Source: Eledone cirrhosa (Eukaryota). Taken from it: a stretch of DNA of 64,000 nucleotides. Shown here in pieces: positions 1 through 13,700 of this stretch. The notes beneath the pieces were generated by a model. That model searched no databases. It was not told the DNA's origin and saw only the letters and a program-made list of their open reading frames with translations. Position 1 is the first letter of the stretch. Each line of letters opens with the position of its first letter. The position numbers were made by a program, and so were the translations under genes. The stretch is taken from contig OZ024740.1 of assembly GCA_964016885.1 (NCBI GenBank), positions 284,332,001 through 284,396,000 on the forward strand, given 5' to 3'.

Positions 1-5
1 TGCCT

Positions 6-72
<67 letters not shown>

Positions 73-73
<1 letters not shown>

Positions 74-372
74 CTCACACACTTACACCTCTCCAAGACA
101 ATGTCACTGGACCGAGACCTTTGGCGGTACTCAGTAACAGAGAAGACCCGCCTTACCTAAATACATAGTAAAACCTACTACAGCCAGTAGGCATCTCTAA
201 CAAAATACACCCCGTGTAGGAAGGGTGTTAGGAAGGGCATCCAGCTGTAGAAAATCCGCCAGACAGTCCTATGCGAGCAAGACAACCACTCTTGCCTCAA
301 GTGGGAATACCCCCCGTCCAAACCCATGCAAGCGTGGAACACGGACGTTAAACATTGATGATGATGATGATG
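73..372 (+). mobile_element. 3' end of RTE-clade LINE (ORF C-terminus, shortened 3'UTR, (GAT)n tail)
   Basis: Encodes ..THLHLSKTMSLDRDLWRYSVTEKTRLT*, matching the copies at 21300-21737 and 23233-23631; ends GGACGTTAAAC..(GAT)n. Confidence 0.9.
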
Positions 373-385
373 ATATATATATATA

Positions 386-637
386 TAAAGAAAGTGTGGA
401 AAGAAACCAGGTGGACCATAATGCACCAGGGTACTCAATACTTAGGGTAGAAGAGTGGGTAATAGGAAAAGAGTCAGGATCCCGACAGCTAAGCATCAGC
501 TGTTTTGACATCTAGATCCGAGCTAAGCCAGCCGTATCCTGGCATGAGTCAGGCAGGTTGTTATGTTATACTGCTGCCTTAGTTCGGCTCTAGCTGTCGA
601 ACGGCCAGAGCTCAGCCATCGGGGTCTTGACTCTTTT

Positions 638-641
<4 letters not shown>
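386..641. repeat. (TA)n-embedded module with internal inverted repeat; shorter relative at 8258-8390
   Basis: ATAGGAAAAGAGTCAGGATCCCGA (462) is near-complementary to TCGGGGTCTTGACTCTTTTCCTAT (about 618-641); CCAGGTGGACCATAA..GTACTCAATACTTAG is shared with 8284. Confidence 0.7.
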
Positions 642-673
<32 letters not shown>

Positions 674-1626
674 TATTTCAGTCAATTAAGGTAGGACTTA
701 TAACCCTATTAGAACTCAATGCAGTATAGATATGAATATCTTATCTAAGCAAAGCGAAATTTATTTTTGTGGAAAAGTTGTATCACTGAGTATTCAAAAA
801 CTACAGTCAGATATATAAAGTTGAACAATGAAAACAAATATGACAATGTTTAGTAGTTAATTAATCCATTATTTTATGATCGTTTCAAAGAGCAAAATAA
901 ACTGAGATTTCACTGTTATGCAACTCCATAGTATTAGCCTTGACAAAATACAACCATACTGATGTTCATCTACAGACTGTTTTTGATATAATCATGAAAT
1001 CTTAGTTTATTTTGCCCTTTGAAATGATTGTAAAACCATGGATTAATTATGTACTAAACCATGCCATTGTTCAACCGTACATATATATACACACACACTC
1101 ACACATATATATATAAACTAAAATGTAAAGGGAGCCTAGTCAGTTTTTACAATGAATATTCCAATTATTTGATCAATCAACCAACCTACACATTGTAAAT
1201 GGCTGAGTATTCCATAGGCACATGAACACTTGACATATACCTCAGAGAGAATCAGCAAGACGCATGGCATGGCTAGTCCTTTAAATTATAGGGTCAGTCA
1301 ATTTGACAGGCTTCCACACGTTCTCTCAACTAGATATCTATCACTCACAAGGCTTGGGTCAACCCAAATGTATGGTTAAAGATACTTGCCCAATAAGCCA
1401 TGCAGTGAGATCTCATGATTGTGAAGGTCTCATCTTAACCACTCATCAATGCTTATATCAGACAGATATATCATAGAATATCACTACTCGTTTCATACTT
1501 TTGTCACTTCATCTGTGAGGCCCAGCATTCTAATCCCAATGCGATCTGGGAAATGGTTTTGCTAAACACAACACTAAAAAGGACACAAAAATTTCAAAGA
1601 AGTAGTTATACATCCAACACTTCCTC

Positions 1627-1883
1627 AACCCTTTAGCATTTACTTACTCTATATTTACTATTATATTTTCATTTTAAAGGCTTTACCTCACATAATATCG
1701 AATCTATGAGATTTTGATATTATTTATTTCGAGAACAATACCTTAACATCAGTATGATCAGCCGGTTACAGCTGGTTTGATCAGAAAGCAGTGAGAGAAT
1801 TCTTGCCTGATGCAGCTGGTTTGAACAGAAAGAGGTGAGAGAATTCTGGTCGAATACAGCCAGTTTAAATGCTAAATGGTTAA
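1627..1883. mobile_element. degenerate piggyBac-like MITE
   Basis: Same body as 5155-5368 and 32895-33120; ends AACCCTTTAGCA...TGCTAAATGGTTAA. Confidence 0.7.
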
Positions 1884-2181
1884 CATTGCTTTTGATCATA
1901 AGAAAGCTTCTTTTTTTATATATATATACTATTGTATATATAATGTAAACATTCAAACCAACCTCTCACCAAAATACATAATGTCATCTTATTTTCTTTT
2001 TTCTTTAACATATAGAGAAATTGACATTTTATTCCAATGTCTTCAATAGGATAGACACCGGTATGACTGAGTGATGAAGGAATTTGCTTCATCAACCTGT
2101 AGGTTCTAACTTTTGTCCTGATGCTTGGCATCTTAGGCAAGTATCTTCTGCTATAGCCTCCGTTTGATCAATGCCTTGTGA

Positions 2182-2500
2182 GTGGAATTCAACAGAGAGA
2201 ACCTGCAGGGCATGAACTGTGACAGTGTTTGGAAAATTATTACAGAAGATTTGAGCATGCAGAAGATCTGCACAAAGATGGAGCCAAAGATGCTGAACAA
2301 TGACCAGGAGGAGCAGTACTTGCAGTGCAGTGTGTGTCAGGACATCCTCAAGCATCTTGAAACTGAACCAGACTTGTTGGGGAGAATCATCACCAGTAAT
2401 GAGTCATGGATCTTTGAGTAAGACCCAGTGTATAGAGGTGTGGTGGAAAAGGATGGGTAAGTGTGTTACACTTGAGGGGATCATTTTGAATGGGAACATT
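2182..2500 (+). pseudogene. internally deleted mariner transposase remnant
   Basis: LSMQKICTKMEPKML..EPDLLGRIITSNESWIFE resembles the mariner WVP/TGDETW region, followed by a C-terminal W.KR..KCV..EG-like motif. Confidence 0.8.
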
Positions 2501-4534
2501 TGTAATTTGTAGTTTTGATTTGTAATTTTTTTTCTTTTTTTTTCGTAACCTCAGTCCTGTTTCTATTCTAACACATGTGAGCGAGTGTGTTAATGTGTGT
2601 GTTTATGTTTGTGTGTGTTTATGTCAATAAAATAAGTACCAAACTTAAAACAGTAATGACTGGAGTCGATATGATTGACTAAATTAAAATGGTGCCCTAG
2701 CATAGCCACAGTTTATTGACAGAAACAAGTAAAAGTATGAAAGATTGATGAAAAAGAAGGTATGAAACTATACATTCTCATAATCTCTTACTAGTTTCAG
2801 TTATTGGACTGAAAAATTGGTGAGAGAGAATTTCTCAGATATAATTGTGAAAGGGCACAAAATTTCCTTGGCCTGTTAATTAAGGTAGAAATACCAAAAG
2901 TGACTTTAACCCCAAGCACTGAGAACCCTGGCTTTCCTACTGTGTGTTACAACTTTCAAGGGTTTTAATTGACCATATTGAACTCTGAATTAATTTCATG
3001 TTTGGTTCTTATCTTATGTTAGTCATATTTATTGAATGGTTAAATTACACTTTTTACACAATGCTTACTTTACTCTCATAAATATAAACACACACACACG
3101 CATGCATGCACATGCACACACACACACACAGTATGTTCCTCAAATTGGCAGAAGAATTATATATCTGAAACATTGTTTAATTACTGATGTTCTATCAGGG
3201 CTCACCTGGGACTATAAAATAACAACTTTATTCATAGTTTAGCCCAATTCCCAAATGAACGCAACACAAAATGCCAAAAAAGTCAGATCTATTATTTCCA
3301 TTAGTAATTAATATTAAACCATACAGAAACCAACAAAGGGTCACCTACTTAGCTGTCTGACCTACTAGACATAATAGCTAAATCCTCTTCAAACCATACC
3401 TTGTGGTCTTTTAAAAACCAGTGGGCAGACACATTGAATAATATAGTCATACATACATTATGTTTGTAAAAGGACATGGAGGTCAAAGTTAGAATGCCTT
3501 TTCTCTTAGATATGCTCAATCAGAGATGACTTTTGACTAAACTGCAAATAACTAGAGAACACAGCAGAACTCCAGAAAATAGCAATAAAGCATGCAAAAA
3601 AATTATTATAGTAATCCCATGATGAAGAGTTTGGCATTTTAACAAATGTCTGCTTATTTATATAGGCCATCGTAGTTCTTGGACAAAATATTTTGGTAAA
3701 AGTTTTAAGGTAGTTTAATTTGCAAAGCACTCTGTGATCAGACAATCAGCTAGAAATAGTAGCCAATTCTCCCTTAAATCATAGGTCCACTTAATTAAGG
3801 CTGACTTTGAGCTAAACAACAACATTTAAGAAGCCAACAGTATGTTTGTCTCCGACCCACCCAAAAACCTTTATCAAATACACTTTAGTTAAAATATGTA
3901 ATGAATTATGCTGACATTTCATTACTAGTTATTGATAATACTTTTTAAGATATCTCATATCCTTTTTGTCTAGTCCAGAAGGAGTGGTGCCCTCAGCCTT
4001 CACAGGCCCTCCAAGAATGGTGAGATTGACATGGTTATTGTTTCTTTTGAACATTTACTAGTTGACAGCCACAAAAGATGTATAGGGAAGGAATTTCAGA
4101 GATCTGATGCCTTGGGTGGAAGGATTAGGTGTATTAGTTAATGTAGGGACAGAGGATGTGGTGGATATGTTATAGTTGATAAGAGGTGCAGAGACAAGTA
4201 AATTGGGAGCAGAAGCTACTGTAATAGTGGTAGGAAAGATAAGGGGGAGGGAGAGAGGGAGAAAGAGAGAGTATAATCTCTTAAACACCAATACAAGTTA
4301 TGACAGGGATTATAGTAGTAGACATACACACTGTAAAACATAATAACAGTAGAGTAGGCACCAGCATACTTGATGTAGTAAGCCAAGATATTTTAATTAA
4401 AATTACAATCTTGGAAATAAAAACAATAATTTTCTAAATGACTAATTCAAATCAAGAATGGATGGGGAGGTGAAGAGGTCAACTCTGAAATATGAAGTGG
4501 TGAGGATTGTTTCAGTTTTATTATACCTCTTAAT

Positions 4535-4885
4535 AATTGTTTCTACTTTTGGCAGAAGGCCAGCAATTACCCCAGTGCATTACTGGTACTTTATTTTATC
4601 TACCCCGCAAGGATGAAAAGCAAAGTTAACCTCAACGTCATTTGAACTCAGAACGTAAAGGGACGTAACTCTGTGCTGCAAAGCATAACGTTCGACCCTC
4701 TACCGGTACTGCCAATCCTCCACCTTTAATACCTCTTATAATAATGATTTCTACTATAGGTACAAGGCCAGCAATTTGGGGAGCGGGTAAAGTCGATTAA
4801 ATCAACCCTAGTGTATTACTGGTACTTTATTTTATCGACCCAGTAAAGATGAAAGGCAAAGTTAACCTCGGCAGGATTTAAACTC
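4535..4885 (-). mobile_element. two adjacent tRNA-derived SINE copies (family A)
   Basis: Reverse complement of GTTCAAAT..GAGGTTAACTTTGCCTTTCATCCTT..GGGTCGATAAAATAAAGTACCAGTAA, as in the other family A copies. Confidence 0.8.
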
Positions 4886-5154
4886 TTAATAATAATGCAA
4901 ATTATTGTTTACAGTGCTCAGGTGCACTACAACTTAAGCATAGTGAAATCAATACTACAAATCTTAGACTGACTAGAGGAGTATATAGAATATTTTGTAA
5001 AAACTCACAGATTTAAACTAAAATTTCTCAAATGAAGCACTATATCTTTATCCATAAAACTTAGTTGCAATCTCCATGACAACAAGAACTACCCATATTT
5101 TTAATTTATTCTTTTGTCTTTTATTTGTATTTTTTACATGAATTTCTTCTTTAT

Positions 5155-5368
5155 TTAACCCTTTAGCATTCACATTACTCTATATATACTATTATATTTT
5201 CATGGTAAAGGCCCTCGCATAATCATCTCGCATAATGTCGAATCTATGAGATTTTGAAAGTATATATTTTGAGAACAATACCTTAACATCAGTTTGAGCG
5301 ACCAGTTACAGCCAGTTTCAACAGAAAGAGGTAGAGAATTCTGGCCGGTTTGAAAATTAAAGGGTTAA
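5155..5368. mobile_element. piggyBac-like non-autonomous element (MITE)
   Basis: TTAA-CCCTTTA...TAAAGGG-TTAA: TTAA target duplication and CCC-starting terminal inverted repeats; about 210 bp, multi-copy. Confidence 0.85.
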
Positions 5369-5884
5369 GTAATCCTCCCATCATTACATTATGGAAGAAC
5401 CTTTGTTAAGCTATATTCTAAACACCAGCTTAATCATGCAAATGTTAGTTATGAATCCCTCCAAATTCTTGATTATTTTCGAAATTATTTAATAATCAGA
5501 GACAGAGTCATTCTTTGGAAATATGGTTATTAGAGGATTAAACAAGAATGTTCTGTAAGACAGTTCAGATGAAGAATATATATTTTTAATAATCTATTCA
5601 TAAATGCCTGAATTTTGTGTGTGACAGTTTGCTGTTCATATTTTTGTCTGTATTCTTTGTCAACTAACATTTTCTAATAGTATATGGCTTTGTGGTTAAG
5701 AAGTTCACTTCACATCCCTGTAGTTTTCAACCACCTCCCACTGCATAACACCTTGGGCAGAATGTGTATTTTATCATAGCCTTGGGATTGGAATTTGGTA
5801 AGTGGAAACTCTGTGTGTGTGTGTGTTCATGTTTATCAGTGTAAAATAAGTGTTGTGTAAAAGAAAATCACTATTTAGACATTC

Positions 5885-6070
5885 ACCATCATCATTACCG
5901 TTTAACGTCCATTTTTCTATGCTTGCATGAGTCAGACGGGTCGTCTGCATTGAGAGACTTGTCTGGCAAGGATTGGCCACACTGTACGTTGCTCTGATGG
6001 AACTGTAAATTTGGCCAGGGGTTTTTACAGCTGGATGCCCTTCCTAGCACCAACCACATTTACAGTGTAA
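5885..6070 (-). mobile_element. RTE/SINE 3' tail fragment
   Basis: (CAT)n..TTTAACGTCC..GCTGGATGCCCTTCCTA..CCAACCACATTTACAGTG. Confidence 0.75.
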
Positions 6071-6429
6071 TTATAAATTGATAAAATAAGAGCTAAACAA
6101 CCTGAAATAAACATTAAGGTTGTTATAGTTGACTAAAACCCTTGAAGGTAGTACCATGGAGTGGTATAGCCAGGACTTTCAATGCCTTGAGGCATTTGGT
6201 ACTTGGCCCCCCACCTTAACAGATATGATATGCCAGTGGAAACTTTGTGCCCTTTCATACTTGTATTTGGGAGCAACTACATCCACCCTAGCCCCTACCC
6301 CCTTGCAATGCCTCTGCTGCACCAACAATGCTGCACTCTAATAACTAAAACCAGTTAGAGAATATATACTTATATACTATCATCTATAAGACAATGAAAT
6401 AAAATATAAATCTCTCTATCTGTTAAAGA

Positions 6430-6670
6430 AACAAAAACTAGAAATCTAAGAAAACTCATAATGGTCTGTGTCAGCAAAAGAAAAAATCCAATCCAAAACC
6501 AACTGGCAGAAGACCCAAGGGTAGACGCCAAGCAAGACGGTTGGATAACATCGTTGAGCTCAGCTAGTCTCGCTTGGGGATCCAACCAGATCAATTGGAG
6601 CTGGTTGCTTCTGACAGAAACTGCTGGAAGGAATGTTTGAGGACTGCCACTATAACCCTCCTGAGAAGAA
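6430..6670 (+). pseudogene. old RTE-like LINE C-terminal fragment
   Basis: ..RPKGRRQARRLDNI..LGIQPDQLELVASDRNCWKECLR resembles the RTE GRP..W.D / A.DR..W C-terminus. Confidence 0.55.
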
Positions 6671-6779
6671 GAAAAACAAACAAAAAAAACAAAAAGAAAA
6701 AAAAAGAAGAAAAAAAAGAAAAAAAAGGAGGAGGAGGAGGAGGAGGTAATTTCTAATATCTTCATTTCTGTTATGAAAA

Positions 6780-7120
6780 ACCCTGATTAAAGGTCTTTTG
6801 TACATCAATGACTACATTGTTAAATGTGACTTTCCTTTTTAAGATGATATGATTGCAGGGAAATTTAGAAGCAAGTAAATGTAATTGTGTGGAAGAATTT
6901 ATTGCAAGAGTTGGTTCAACTGTTTTAAAGAGAACGTAAATTGACATATTAAAGTGCCAGGCAAAGCAGTGAGTTCCAATATTAGTGCTGTAAGTGAATT
7001 TCCAGAAATGCTGAAAAACATTATTCAAAAAGAGGCTTATTTGTCAGAGCAAATATTTAAAGTAGCTAATACTGGCTTATTTTAAAAAAAAATGTTTGAA
7101 AAGACATACATTTCAATAGG
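6780..7120 (+). pseudogene. Tigger/pogo-like transposase remnant
   Basis: ..EFPEMLKNIIQKEAYLSEQIFKVANTGLF*KKMFEKTYIS resembles the Tigger QIFNxDETGLFWKKMP motif. Confidence 0.75.
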
Positions 7121-8219
7121 GTAATTTGCATATGCTTTTCATGGGTTTACAGCTGATAACATTGCTGAAGTTAGGAAAATTAGATTTTTATTTTACCTTT
7201 ACTTCGTTATCATTTTTTAAATTATTAAATACGAATTACTATGTTGCTGCTAGATAGACGAGTCTTTGAATGCAGAGAATTTGTGACAGTTACAAAAAAA
7301 TAAAGTATTCTCATTCTGCTATGTATCGGGTCTAGAATTGGAATTGATGAGTTAATATCTGTATACAACAACTACAACGGTACGCGATGGGGCCCACCCA
7401 CAGCCCCGGCAGACAGAATGGAGAAGGTGTTTCCCCAGAACACGGCAAGGGAGACGTGCTGGAAAAGCCACTCCAACTCACGGGGCTCACACCTTTCGGC
7501 TGGCCAGCTCAGCGCCTATGGTGGTGATTGATATTGATAATTAACTACAGTTTGGCATCAGAGATGTCATGTAGTTATTTAACCCTTCCGTTATTGTATT
7601 TATAATGAAATATGCTCTCTTTCAATTAATTAATGCAGAATTTCAAAGGATTTACTCAAATGATTAATTATTTCATTCCAAATATAATAACTTAACATAT
7701 GATTCTTGTGTAATATCATGTTGGAAGATATAAATTTATATAGGAATTATTTGAAATGGATGGTTTTCTTTCACAAAACCAGTTTCAATTGGTATGTCAA
7801 TCAAATATTCAAAAACAGTTAAGATTTGATAAGATTGACATACCAATCAAAATATTTGACAAAATAAAAATATTCATTCTGTTGGATTAAAGAACAAAAT
7901 CTTTAAATAAACCCCTGTACTTTTTCATTTTAACATATATATTGTCATGAAGGTGGGGGATATATATATGATATATATATATATATATGAGAGTGGGGGA
8001 TATATATATGATTTGATTATCATTTGTCGCTGATCATATGAAACTTTTGTTGATTACCCTATGAGCTTTGTTCAATTTTGTCAACTCACTCCCGATTCCA
8101 TAGATGAAATACTCTGCAGCTATTTAACCTCAGTTAACATTGGGTAGGACAGTGTGGGGCATGATGTTGCACTACCATGCATGCGTGAAACACCCCTCGT
8201 GTTATTGTGATGTTGTCAA

Positions 8220-8259
<40 letters not shown>

Positions 8260-8445
8260 AAACAAAGAATGTGTGGTAAGATACCAGGTGGACCATAACG
8301 CACCAGAGTACTCAATACTTAGAGTAGTAGTTAGGATCTAGCTCTTGAAACAGCGGAGTTCAGCTATCAGGGTCCTGACTCTTTTCCTATATATATATAT
8401 ATATATATATATAGTATAAATAAAGTTTCATACACTTAACATGTA

Positions 8446-8531
8446 AGTACAACCATTGGTTTCAGGATCCAGTTATGGCCACCACAGTATATTGGAGGAG
8501 GCTCTTCCAAACTGACCCCTCATCAGGCACC
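8446..8531 (-). ncRNA. type I hammerhead-like motif with long stem II
   Basis: Minus strand: GGTGC-CTGATGA-GGGGTCAGTT...AACTGGATCCT-GAAA-CCAATGG-TT-GTACT; lies in a module bounded by (TA)n. Confidence 0.6.
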
Positions 8532-8595
8532 AGGACAAACATACGAAAAAGGAAGTTCCTTCAACCATCTATTTTTGTCCCAAACAGAAGAGAGG

Positions 8596-8646
<51 letters not shown>

Positions 8647-8648
<2 letters not shown>

Positions 8649-9000
8649 TGCGCTCATTAACTCAACCATAAAAGGACAAAAGAATTTGATAATTTTATTT
8701 TACAAATACCCAAAACAACATAGGTTTATTGTTCAATGTATCCACCATTACACTCCTTCCATTGTTTCACTAGTTTGGAGAGTCCCTCTTCATAAAAAGA
8801 TTTCGGATAATGTTCCCTTAAGATGGTTACCATATCTTTAAGTTCTTTGGAATTAAACTAGTGGCCATGCAAATCTTGCTTTAGTTTTCAGAAGAGATGA
8901 AAATCAGATGGCACTCGGTCTGGACAGTATGGGGGATGTGGAAACAGGGAAAGCCCTGACTTGTTGGATCAATTCAATTATTTGTGATGGCAGCATTGTC
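8647..9000 (-). pseudogene. mariner transposase C-terminal remnant
   Basis: Minus strand gives PHPPYCPDRVPSDFHLF (YSPDLAPSD motif) and KLVKQWKECNGGYIE. Confidence 0.8.
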
Positions 9001-9166
9001 ATGAAGGAAGTGCAAATCTCTGTGGTTCAGTTTACATTTTAATTTCCTCACCTTTCTCAGTATGCTGCAGTAATACTCCACATTTATTTTAAAGTCAGTG
9101 AAGTCAATATGAATGACACTTTAAAGTAAAAAAACTGACATCAACAACTGCTTATTGTGAGAAGAG

Positions 9167-9207
<41 letters not shown>

Positions 9208-11421
9208 CTGGATTCACACATGCTTTTTCTTTAAAAAAAAAAATGTCTTCTGTTCCTTCCTCTTATCACTTTCTATCTTCCTATTTCATCTTTTATTTAT
9301 CATTCTAACTTCTAATGAAAGACTCGTGTCCGAAATGTAAAGACTATTTCCTACTATATCAAGTGTTAATCTAATAATATATTTTTTCATTGTACTGTGT
9401 TGTTTGCTTTATTGTTTCCGTTTACTTTTTGTATATATATATATATATATAGAATCATTATCTCTGTTTTAATCTATTTTCCATTCTTGCAAGGTTGAGA
9501 CAGTTGTCACACATTCTGAGACTAGACAGGGACGTCAGACGACTGTGTCTTGCTCATATGTTCCATTTTAGCATGGTTGCCATGACTGGATGCCCTTCCT
9601 AATTCCAACTACTGTGTACCATGGGCTAGGTGCTTTTTTCATTGTAACTGCACTATCAATTTACAATGTGGGAAGCAAGCATTTTATCATGGTATCGGCA
9701 CTTTCCCGTTATAGTGTAGACTGGGTTCGTTTTATTGTGACACCAGCAATTCCAAATTCCAGTATGATATCTTTATATGCGTAAGAGAGAAAGAGAGGGG
9801 GGGGGGAGACGGAGAGAAATAGGATAACACCTTATCTATCCACTCAATATCTATATATATATAAATCTACCTTGCTTAGCCATCTAATTACACCCACAAC
9901 CTTGTATGTGTGCATATGTGAGTGACGTTGATTTGTCTAGTTAAAGATTTAGCACTCAAATTAGTCGATCCAAATAAGGTGTCACATTGACATCTATGTA
10001 ACCTCAGCGTAATTGTTTATAGTGTAGTGGTTGTCATAACGGAAGCAAAGGATATAACACACCTTATTCATATTTGATATCACCCCGGTCATTGACACTG
10101 TGTTTATAGGTGATTATATTAAATTTAATGAATCTTTTAACAAATAATATAGTGTTACCTACATATTGTTTAACAGGAAATCGTCATCAAAGACAAAAAG
10201 CCGTAACGCTGCTTTCATTCTTTAAATATTTCAGAGAAAGCTCGCTAATTATAAAGTCTTTGATCAATAATTTCTCCGTACAATTTCGTTTGATTATTCT
10301 TTACGTTTTATTTTAATTAATTAATTAATTATCGACATTCAATAAAAGGCGAATATAAGAACGAGAGCAAATTTAAAACATTCTATTAAGACTACGATTT
10401 CGGCTCGCCGATACACGAGATCACCTTTATAAAGTGAGGTAAACTGAATGACTCAAAATACATGATTTAGTGCCTTACTGGTATTTATTTTAGTGAAAAT
10501 CAAACCACCCGCATAATCATCCCCACGCACAAACACTCACACCGCATGACTAGACTTATAACTGATAGACTGAGACAATGCATAAAACTGGATAGAGTAA
10601 AGTCACCTCGCCGGCTTGTTGCTACGCTTTGGTTTGTTCCTAAAAAGAATTGTAGCAGTGTTTCAATTTGTCCCTTAGATGCTGTTAGGTGACTGGTTGG
10701 CTAAATAAAACGCGTTTAGGAAGTGTCGTTTTCAAATATATATATTAGATTAAGAAAATATGCAAGATATGTTTTTGTTTTTTTTATTATTCAGTACTCG
10801 TGCTGTTGTGAAAAATTCACTGAATAAGTACATTAAAAAAAGATTAATTCTTAATGTTAATAGAGGTAAATAATTGAGGAAGGTGCATAGTTGTTTCAGT
10901 GCATTAGCCTCACCATCACCCGTGGTAATGTTGCGAGTGTGCGGCCGTTTGGCGCACTTGGTGAATTGATGGTCGTTTTGTTTAATATTATATATTTGTT
11001 AAGCATTATGTGTTTATTTTCATTCTGTAAGAATGATAAATAATTTGTAATGTTATTTATACAACTGTGAATAAATCTAATCTCTTTTGTCATTAGAGGT
11101 GAAAAAAAAAGAACTTAAAACTTTTCAAGTGTTGTCAAAATAATGGCTAAGAAAACAGAATATTTAAATAAGTGTCACCGATCTTTTGTAAGAATGACGA
11201 TATTGGAAACAAACAATATTCCGTTTCAGAGTTTAAACAGATTTTTCCAGTCAGTAGTCATTCTCACGAACACGTGTGGTGGAGTTAAGTGTGTGAATAT
11301 TATGAAAAGTATGTGTGACTTTGTATTTTACATTTCCTTATTTACTTTTTCACAGAGTGCGCGTGTTTGCCCGTAGGTACACATACACACGCGCGCAAGA
11401 TGAATTAACTAAAACGTTGTA

Positions 11422-11479
<58 letters not shown>

Positions 11480-12680
11480 AGAGAGAGAGAACACGGTAGG
11501 AGAGAGAAAAGAGGAAGGATAGGAAGGTAAAATTGTAAAATTATAAATGACCATGACCAAACAGAATGACAGAGGGGAAAAATATTTATAAAATATAGAT
11601 TGTGAGCGCATGTATGGATATGCCGTTTATAAGAATAGTGAAAAGGGACCTGTTGATATTAATATCTTGGGAATTGGAATATCAGATAACTTTTTTTAAA
11701 TCCAAAGTACAACTATGCATGTATTTGAGGAATAGCTGTATTTCAGTCGAACAATATATGTGTGTGTGTTGCTTTCATATTGATAACAAATGCAAAAAGG
11801 CAAAAGAAAATGTTATAAATTAAAGTGAATGCATACACAAAATGACACATACACAAATTTGATATTTCTTACTATTGTTTACAAATGGGGATTGAAGTAG
11901 TTGGTAACAGTTCAAACAATTTAAATCTAGTGTCAATGCTTTGATTAACTGCTACTATTATTGAATATCTATCTATCTGTATCTATATCTATATAGATAT
12001 GTAATTAAATATGAGAAAGGAGAATGCCAAATTGTAATGTTCATATCATTTCAAGGGCATTAGAGTGACAGCTTTAAATAAGAATCGAAACTGAGTTGTT
12101 AATTCAATTCCACCCACTACTACTGCTATTACCATTATAGTGCTGAGGAAGCCTTTGTAGTTGTTCAAGCTGCTATAAACAGCAGCCAAATCACATACCA
12201 GCGTCTTAAAAGTAATGACACATGTCAGATAACGTAGTTTTAGATACATCCCTAAAAGACAGGGTGGTTACGACTAGAGTGTCTTTAAACCGTACTGGAC
12301 CTAAACAAAAACTAATTTCTTTTATCTAGGCACAATGCCAATATTTTTTTTATTCAGACAGAAAAATTGTATTATATCACAGAGAAAGGCTGTTTTTCGA
12401 CTCGACGGGTTTTTAATTCAAAATAGAGAGGGATAATACATTTAGTTCGAACTACTACTAATTATGATTTCGTTAACTGCACCACATACTATTGTATAAG
12501 TATTCACACATAAACATGCTCTACATAGATACATACAGAAAATATACTCATGCCGTGAAGCACACCTGCATGCCTACTGATAAAGTTGGGCCTCGTGATA
12601 GCCCACACAAAGTAGTTAGCTATTGACAGTATATAATTTCAACAACAATTTTCGTGGCGAAGATGAAAAGAAAGACTCAC

Positions 12681-12909
12681 CGGATTTAGTAAGTACACTA
12701 AAGCGTGCACTCGCAGCTGGTCTTGATGGTTTGGGCGAAAATCCTGGTCGAACCGTCAAAGACTGATCTGGTAAAATCGTTGCTTCTTCGAGCCGTTCTG
12801 GACTTGCGCTACTGGCGATTGTTGAAGAATGTACTTCGTATGTAGCTGCAGTAGTTGGAGACAGGTCTGTGTTGCCTGCCTCCGGGGTGGCTTCTAATTG
12901 TCTCTCCAT
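12681..12909 (-). CDS. probable first coding exon of an unidentified host gene (76 codons + 1 nt, S/T/P-rich N-terminus)
   Basis: Non-repetitive, CpG-rich ORF MERQLEATPEAG...SARFSVLTKS ending at a strong donor G|GTGAGT (GT at 12680-12679); no downstream exon recognised. Confidence 0.5.
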
Positions 12910-13700
12910 GTCCTGTTTTAATTTGGAGACTTCCACTGACAAAGACCCCTAACATAACATATCTTCGATGTCCCTTCCGTTGGCTCTTTGTAGCTCTGAA
13001 TATAGTTCAAATCCCAACAGCTACAAACCATTTGAAGGAACTAACAACACTGATCGTTTCATCGGGGTAAGAGAGATCGATGTGATTGTTGTGGTTGTGG
13101 TCACGCGGGGATGTTGATTATGTTAGTACTACATAGTCACCCATTCTTTATGTATCGTAAATCATCTTGCATTAAACACACACACTAAATAAATATATAT
13201 AAATATGGGTGTGTGTGTATATATATGTATATAAATAAGGAGAGAGAGAAAGGGTGGAGGTATTAGTATTGATACGTATATTGTTAGTTTCACGAATATT
13301 TTCCTTCTACTACTCCTTCTCCTCTTTCTCCGACAAAAATTACCGTATACTGCGAGAGGCGTGGTCAAAATAATCGAGTCATATTGAATTTCTATTTTAT
13401 TTATTCAACAAGTCAGCATGGTGTAAATAAATAGTGACGGTCAAACATTTCTAATTGATTCGATCAAGTATAAGCTACTACTGCGACCACTGTTATCAGT
13501 CCTAGTTGTCAATACTATACAGACCCTAAAATTAGAAGAGTAAAACCACTATCAAAATTACCGTCCGTACGTAGATAAAAACATCGTATTTGGCATAAGT
13601 CTCCCTAGGGCTTATCGATGAATATTAATCAAGCCCACGCCCCCGCTTTCATCCCGTTTTTTTATTTTTTTTTATTAAATATACATAAAAAAATACTTTA
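12910..13700 (-). promoter_or_regulatory. putative 5'UTR/promoter region of the minus-strand gene
   Basis: Transposon-poor, CpG-retaining stretch directly upstream of the exon; no specific motif established. Confidence 0.3.

Noticed and set aside
10913-11024. Possible second exon on the minus strand (TTACAG acceptor, GTGAGG donor)
   Set aside because: Joining it to the phase-1 donor at 12681 gives an immediate stop; no supporting homology
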